A stretch of DNA of 61,559 bases. Origin: Rikenellaceae bacterium DTU049 (GTDB lineage Bacteria > Bacteroidota > Bacteroidia > Bacteroidales > DTU049). Shown one piece after another: positions 57,575 to 61,559 of the stretch. The DNA is taken from NCBI GenBank assembly GCA_001513285.1, contig LFTI01000013.1:1-61559 (forward strand), given 5' to 3'. The position numbers and the translations under genes are program-made. The notes beneath the pieces are model-generated. The model saw nothing but the letters and a program-made list of their open reading frames with translations, did no database searches and was not told the DNA's origin. Position 1 is the stretch's first letter; each line of letters opens with the position of its first letter.

Positions 57575-57679
57575 ATATAATTTTTTATTTTATTTATAGA
57601 TATGAATGTTTGTATGAAAACTTTTTGAAATATCTTCTATCTATCATATATTAAGCATTTTTACAAAATAACATATTTA

Positions 57680-57862
57680 TTGTTTAAAATAATTAATGAT
57701 ATTTAATTATTTATTTTTAAAAGGTTTAAACTATTATTAATAAAGATTTTATACGAATATTTATTAAAATTAATGATATTTAATATTTCTTATAATAGAT
57801 ACAATTTAAAAAGTGTAAACAATAATTTATTTAAATTAATATATCATTACTTAATTTAAACA
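57680..57862. mobile_element. MITE family B, copy 4 (183 bp)
   Basis: Ends are ttgtttaaaataattaatgatat and atatcattacttaatttaaaca. The left TIR differs from the IS end at 580-601 at 1 of 22 positions. Confidence 0.8.
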
Positions 57863-57930
57863 TTTATTTAATTAATTTTATAGTTTGTTTTTTAATTAAA
57901 ATTTATTCAATAAAAGTATTTTCTTTAAAT

Positions 57931-57957
57931 CAAAAAGAGCCTCAAAAATGAGGCTCT
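57931..57957 (-). terminator. Rho-independent terminator of the rpsB-tsf operon
   Basis: The minus strand reads agagcctca tttt tgaggctct followed by ttttt. Confidence 0.75.
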
Positions 57958-57998
57958 TAATGAAAAAAATTATTATTATGAAAAAATAGTCGATTAGT

Positions 57999-58832
57999 TT
58001 ATGATCCTAGAGCAAATCTATAAAATTTAGTAACTTTAATTTCTGGATCAATAGATTTAATATAATCATTAACATTTTTGTCATTTTCCATGATGTATTC
58101 TTGGTTAAGAAGAGTACTTTCCTGGTAAAATTTATTTAATCTGCCTTGAGCGATTTTTTCGATTAGATCTTCTGGTTTGCCTTCTTTTCTAGCTAATTCT
58201 CTAGCTACATCTAACTCTTTATCTATAACATCTTGAGAAACATCACTTTTGTCAATAGCTATTGGATTCATAGCAGCTATTTGCATAGCTAAATTATGAC
58301 CAAGTTCTTGAGCTTTTTCAGAAGATTTAGATAGTCCTATTAGAGCACCTACACGGCCATTATGGTGATTATAACCAATTACTAAAGGAGCTTCAATATA
58401 TTGATAATGGGAAATTTGAATTTTTTCGCCACATTTTCCCATGTAGTTATTAATACTTTGCTCTACGGTAAAACCGTTAATAGTTGCTTTCAAAAGATCT
58501 TCTAATGATTTTATTTTATTTTGTAAAGCTATGTTTGAAATATCATTTGCTAGATTAACAAATTCTTCATTTTTAGAAACGAAATCTGTTTCGCAATTGA
58601 GCATCATGATAATACCAAAAGATTTATCATCAGATATTTTAGTAATTACTATACCTTCATTGGCAGATCTATCAGCTCTATTACTAGCGACTTTTTGACC
58701 TTTTTTTCTTAAAATTTCTATAGCTTTATCGAAATCACCTTCGGCTTCTTCTAAAGCTTTTTTACAATCCATCACACCTAACCCAGTGAGATCACGAAGT
58801 TTATAAACATCTTTTGCACTAATGTTTGACAT
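57999..58832 (-). CDS. tsf: Translation elongation factor Ts
   Basis: V..LR..TG.G.MDCKKAL.EA.GD.DKAIE.LRKKG UBA-like N-terminus. Lies 4 nt downstream of rpsB. Confidence 0.95.
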   Translation of the reverse strand: MSNISAKDVYKLRDLTGLGVMDCKKALEEAEGDFDKAIEILRKKGQKVASNRADRSANEGIVITKISDDKSFGIIMMLNCETDFVSKNEEFVNLANDISNIALQNKIKSLEDLLKATINGFTVEQSINNYMGKCGEKIQISHYQYIEAPLVIGYNHHNGRVGALIGLSKSSEKAQELGHNLAMQIAAMNPIAIDKSDVSQDVIDKELDVARELARKEGKPEDLIEKIAQGRLNKFYQESTLLNQEYIMENDKNVNDYIKSIDPEIKVTKFYRFALGS

Positions 58833-58836
58833 ACAA

Positions 58837-59670
58837 TTATTCCTTTTTTCTTGTTCTACGTTGTTTATTTCCTTTTCCTTCTTCTTCTGCGTCTACAGAA
58901 GCTTCTATAACTTTAATTTTCTTTTCTTTTAATTTTTCTTCGCTAAATTCTTCATCTTCTTTTTCAGCATCTTCCATAGCACCTATTCTTTCATTGAGAC
59001 CTTTTTTCACTGATTCTACGAAACTTTCTAAAATTGTTTGGATAGATTTAGCAGCATCATCATTAGCTGGTATAGGGTAATCAACTAATTGAGGATTAGT
59101 ATTAGTATCTATGATAGCGAAAACAGGGATATTTAATTTATGAGCTTCAGCTACAGCTATATGTTCTTTTACAATATCAACTACAAAAATAGCACTCGGC
59201 AGACGTACCATATTTACTATTGATCCAAAAGTTTTTTCTAATTTAGCTCTTTGTCTAGCTAGTTGTAGTCTTTCTCTTTTAGAAATATTAGAAAAAGTAG
59301 GATCATTCATCATTTTGTCAATTTGCTGCATTTTTTTGATAGATTTTCTGATAGTAACAAAATTAGTAAGTAATCCACCAGGCCAGCGTTCAGTAATATA
59401 TGGCATGTTAACACTTTTTGCAGCATTGCCTATAATTTCTTTTGCTTGTTTTTTTGTACCTACAAATAATATTTTTTTGCCTGAACGACCTAAATTATAA
59501 CCAGCTTGATTAGCTTCTTCTAATTTTGCTAGTGTTTTATTTAGATCTATAATATGTATCCCATTTTTTTCCATAAAAATATATGGAGCCATATTAGGAT
59601 GCCATTTACGAGTTAGATGTCCAAAATGACATCCAGCTTCTAGGAGTTGATCAAATGTTAATTGTTCCAT
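58837..59670 (-). CDS. rpsB: 30S ribosomal protein S2 (with acidic/basic C-terminal extension)
   Basis: LLEAGCHFGH..RKWHP.M..YIF...NGIHIIDL. Confidence 0.96.
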   Translation of the reverse strand: MEQLTFDQLLEAGCHFGHLTRKWHPNMAPYIFMEKNGIHIIDLNKTLAKLEEANQAGYNLGRSGKKILFVGTKKQAKEIIGNAAKSVNMPYITERWPGGLLTNFVTIRKSIKKMQQIDKMMNDPTFSNISKRERLQLARQRAKLEKTFGSIVNMVRLPSAIFVVDIVKEHIAVAEAHKLNIPVFAIIDTNTNPQLVDYPIPANDDAAKSIQTILESFVESVKKGLNERIGAMEDAEKEDEEFSEEKLKEKKIKVIEASVDAEEEGKGNKQRRTRKKE

Positions 59671-59779
59671 TTATTATTTTTTTTGTTTACATTCCTTAAT
59701 TATTTCAATTATTGAGTAGCACAATATAAATTTTGTAGTCTCAATAATTTGGATACTAAACTTTGATATTTCATCAGCA

Positions 59780-60175
59780 TTAACGTTTAGAGAATTGATT
59801 CTTTTTACGTGCTTTGGGTTGACCAGGTTTTTTACGTTCAACCATACGAGAATCTCTCGTTAAAAGTTTATGTTTCTTTAATATGGGTTTGAATTCTGGA
59901 TTTTCTTCTACTAAAGCTTTAGCTATAGCTAAACGTAAAGCTTCAGCTTGTCCTTTTATACCACCGCCATCCAATCTACCTTTTACACTATATTGTCCTA
60001 ATGTTTCAGTTAATTTTAATGGTTGCTCTACAATATAATGCAATGATAATGAAGGGAAATATTCTTTATAATCTCTATTATTAATAATAATCTCTTGCTT
60101 ACCATCTTCTGCTTTTATCAGACGTATTCTAGCAATAGCTTCTTTTCTTCTACCAGAAATTATTTTATTATCCAT
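59780..60175 (-). CDS. rpsI: 30S ribosomal protein S9
   Basis: GRRKEAIARI...GGG..GQAEA.RLAI.KAL... and C-terminal KKPG..KARKK.QFSKR. Confidence 0.96.
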   Translation of the reverse strand: MDNKIISGRRKEAIARIRLIKAEDGKQEIIINNRDYKEYFPSLSLHYIVEQPLKLTETLGQYSVKGRLDGGGIKGQAEALRLAIAKALVEENPEFKPILKKHKLLTRDSRMVERKKPGQPKARKKNQFSKR

Positions 60176-60181
60176 GCTCTA

Positions 60182-60637
60182 CTATTTTATTTTATTAATA
60201 TCAATTATTTTAGGTGTTTGTGCTTGATGAGGATGCTCTGCACCTGCATAAACATGTAAATTTTTAAAAATTTGTCTTCCTAATCTATTTTTAGGTAACA
60301 TACCTTTGACAGCATGTTCTACTAAAAAAGTAGGTTTACGTTTAATTATGTTTTCTGCTGATTCTCCACGTTGACCATGTGGATAACCTGTATAATGATA
60401 ATACATTTTTTGATGAAATTTATTACCAGTTAAAACTACTTTATCAGCATTAATAACTATCACATTATCACCACAATCTACATGAGGTGTATATCCAGGT
60501 TTGTGTTTTCCTCTTAAAACATATGCTACTCTTGATGCTAATCGCCCTAGAGTTTGACCAGCTGCATCTACTAATACCCATTCCTTATTCACTGTCTGAG
60601 CATTCAAATGTACCGTTTTATAACTTAATGTATCCAT
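60182..60637 (-). CDS. rplM: 50S ribosomal protein L13
   Basis: W.LVDA.GQ.LGRLAS.VA..LRGKHKP.YTPHVD.GD.V.VINA. Confidence 0.96.
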   Translation of the reverse strand: MDTLSYKTVHLNAQTVNKEWVLVDAAGQTLGRLASRVAYVLRGKHKPGYTPHVDCGDNVIVINADKVVLTGNKFHQKMYYHYTGYPHGQRGESAENIIKRKPTFLVEHAVKGMLPKNRLGRQIFKNLHVYAGAEHPHQAQTPKIIDINKIK

Positions 60638-60666
60638 TGATTTAATTTTTCAACATTTTTGGTTTG

Positions 60667-60674
60667 CAAAAGTA
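60667..60674 (-). promoter_or_regulatory. -7 box (TAnnTTTG on the minus strand) upstream of rplM-rpsI
   Basis: The plus strand reads caaaagta, 30 nt upstream of the rplM ATG. Confidence 0.4.
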
Positions 60675-60726
60675 ATAATTTTTTTTCTAACAAAAAAATT
60701 TTATTTTAAATCTTTTTTAAATAGAA

Positions 60727-60951
60727 ATTTTGGAAAAAAGTTATTGTCCACAAATGAACACAAATAAAAAAATAAGGTTGATTAGTTGATGAGTGATAGA
60801 TAATAGAGTTGATAAGTTGAAAAGTTGATGAGTTTAGTATTTCAGAAATAAATAGTTGATCATTGATAATTGATGGCCGATAGATTAAAGTATTTATAAG
60901 TTAATTAGTGATAAAACTAATTTTTACATACTCAAAGCGTTATAGAATCGA
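60727..60951 (+). repeat. Mosaic repeat (family C/D derivative): CACAAAT block, GTTGAT-type heptamer array, conserved linker and D-type right TIR
   Basis: ttgtccacaaatgaacacaaat; gattagttgatgagtgatagataatagagttgataagttgaaaagttgatgag; tataagttaattagtgataaaactaa; caaagcgttatagaatcg. Confidence 0.65.
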
Positions 60952-60967
60952 ATAAATTTATAAAAAA

Positions 60968-61477
60968 TTATTCTTTAGTTTTATCAGGTAAAGGAGTTGG
61001 TTCACTTTTAGAAATTTCCATTTCTATCAGATTAGCTTTAGATTGAGAAGATTTTTTATTAAAATTGCTAGACTTGGTATTATAATACTGCGAAGCTTTA
61101 TCATCACCAGCATATACTGGTGGAGTAGGAGGTGCAGATTTTTTCTTTATTTGCAATGTTAATAGTTGTTGCCAGCTTGGAGGATTAGTTGTCAAGTTTT
61201 CTAATCTTTGGATTAATTGATTTATTTCTGATTTTTCCTTAGCATCAGTGATATTGTTTAGAGGTAGGTCTGGAATTACAAGAAAATTTTCATAAGTGTA
61301 AACTATAATATCAACAATAGATTTAGCTTCTATTGAACTCACTTGGACATTTAATATTTGAGGATTAATTTTTAAATAGGTGCCGATTCTAGCTTTAGCA
61401 TCGTCATTGATTGGATTTTGCCCATTTAAAAAAATGCTCAAAAATAAAATTACATTTAATAAAAATAACTTTTTCAT
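60968..61477 (-). CDS. Hypothetical exported protein
   Basis: Signal peptide MKKLFLLNVILFLSIFLNGQ and a Ser/Lys/Pro-rich C-terminus. No recognisable domain. Confidence 0.5.
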   Translation of the reverse strand: MKKLFLLNVILFLSIFLNGQNPINDDAKARIGTYLKINPQILNVQVSSIEAKSIVDIIVYTYENFLVIPDLPLNNITDAKEKSEINQLIQRLENLTTNPPSWQQLLTLQIKKKSAPPTPPVYAGDDKASQYYNTKSSNFNKKSSQSKANLIEMEISKSEPTPLPDKTKE

Positions 61478-61559
61478 ATATTTATCTTTTTAATTCTACA
61501 ACGTGAAGCTGATGACCATAGTAGCTCATACCTCCATTAGGATAATAAACTCTAAGCTC

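Noticed and set aside
3400-59500. Antisense or out-of-frame ORFs embedded in recognised genes: 3400-3831, 4010-4195, 4728-4991, 6788-7159, 9618-9875, 12061-12306, 17636-17887, 18590-18775, 18853-19080, 21251-21499, 22112-22327, 23507-23839, 24132-24356, 26249-26530, 28959-29255, 33608-33805, 35233-35481, 35460-35696, 37425-37665, 37724-38047, 42278-42499, 44952-45137, 49020-49208, 51849-52327, 53983-54174, 55619-55867, 56758-56973, 58826-59080, 59315-59500
   Set aside because: Each is fully contained in, or largely overlaps, a longer ORF with a confident family assignment, and none has recognisable motifs. They are typical shadow ORFs.
59700-59760. Inverted repeat caattattgag ... ctcaataattg between rpsI and rpsB (possible terminator or rpsB leader), and the hairpin tacttacaatg ctaatca cattgtaagta at 48488-48516 after hutI
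   Set aside because: Neither is followed by a convincing U-tract on the relevant strand, and I cannot tell a terminator from a leader structure by eye. They are left uncalled.
61482-61559. Open minus-strand frame from the right window edge to a TAA (…ELRVYYPNGGMSYYGHQLHVVELKR*), possibly the 3' end of a gene
   Set aside because: Only 25 codons are visible with no recognisable motif, so there is too little evidence to call a CDS.

Overview
This is a strongly AT-rich chromosomal segment (roughly 70% A+T by eye, not computed) that looks like a Bacteroidota genome. The taxonomic clues are a T9SS-type C-terminal sorting domain on a secreted nuclease, a GT3 glycogen synthase fused to an alpha-glucan phosphorylase, an extended NusB, TAnnTTTG-type -7 boxes upstream of many genes, and no obvious Shine-Dalgarno sites. 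About 45 genes are ordinary housekeeping or metabolic genes: guaA, folA-thyA, dnaN, rpsA, pheS, xseAB, nusB, nth, gcvT, hutI, gdhA, pntAB, tsf-rpsB, rpsI-rplM, and a split lysine-ketoglutarate reductase / saccharopine dehydrogenase pair. Three things stand out.

(1) At 36.8-41.4 kb there is an array of orphan RHS C-terminal toxin modules. It holds three copies of a comparatively GC-rich RHS-core 'handle', two followed by intact and unrelated toxin tails, interleaved with five small exported, lipoprotein or membrane-anchored candidate immunity genes. No YD-repeat shell gene is in the window, and a 39-bp promoter-like direct repeat brackets the array.

(2) There are three IS1595-family elements: two near-identical inverted copies 19 kb apart, and a diverged copy cut by the left window edge. 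The terminal repeat of the diverged copy matches the ends of a 183-bp MITE family (4 copies).

(3) The intergenic space is an unusually dense mosaic of repeat families. These are a second TIR-bounded MITE family (two copies flank rpsA), a ~170-bp hairpin-containing repeat, and non-coding tandem arrays of degenerate heptamers and octamers that produce spurious low-complexity ORFs.

I saw no rRNA, tRNA or CRISPR array. All functional calls rest on motifs recognised by eye in the supplied translations; no database search was run.
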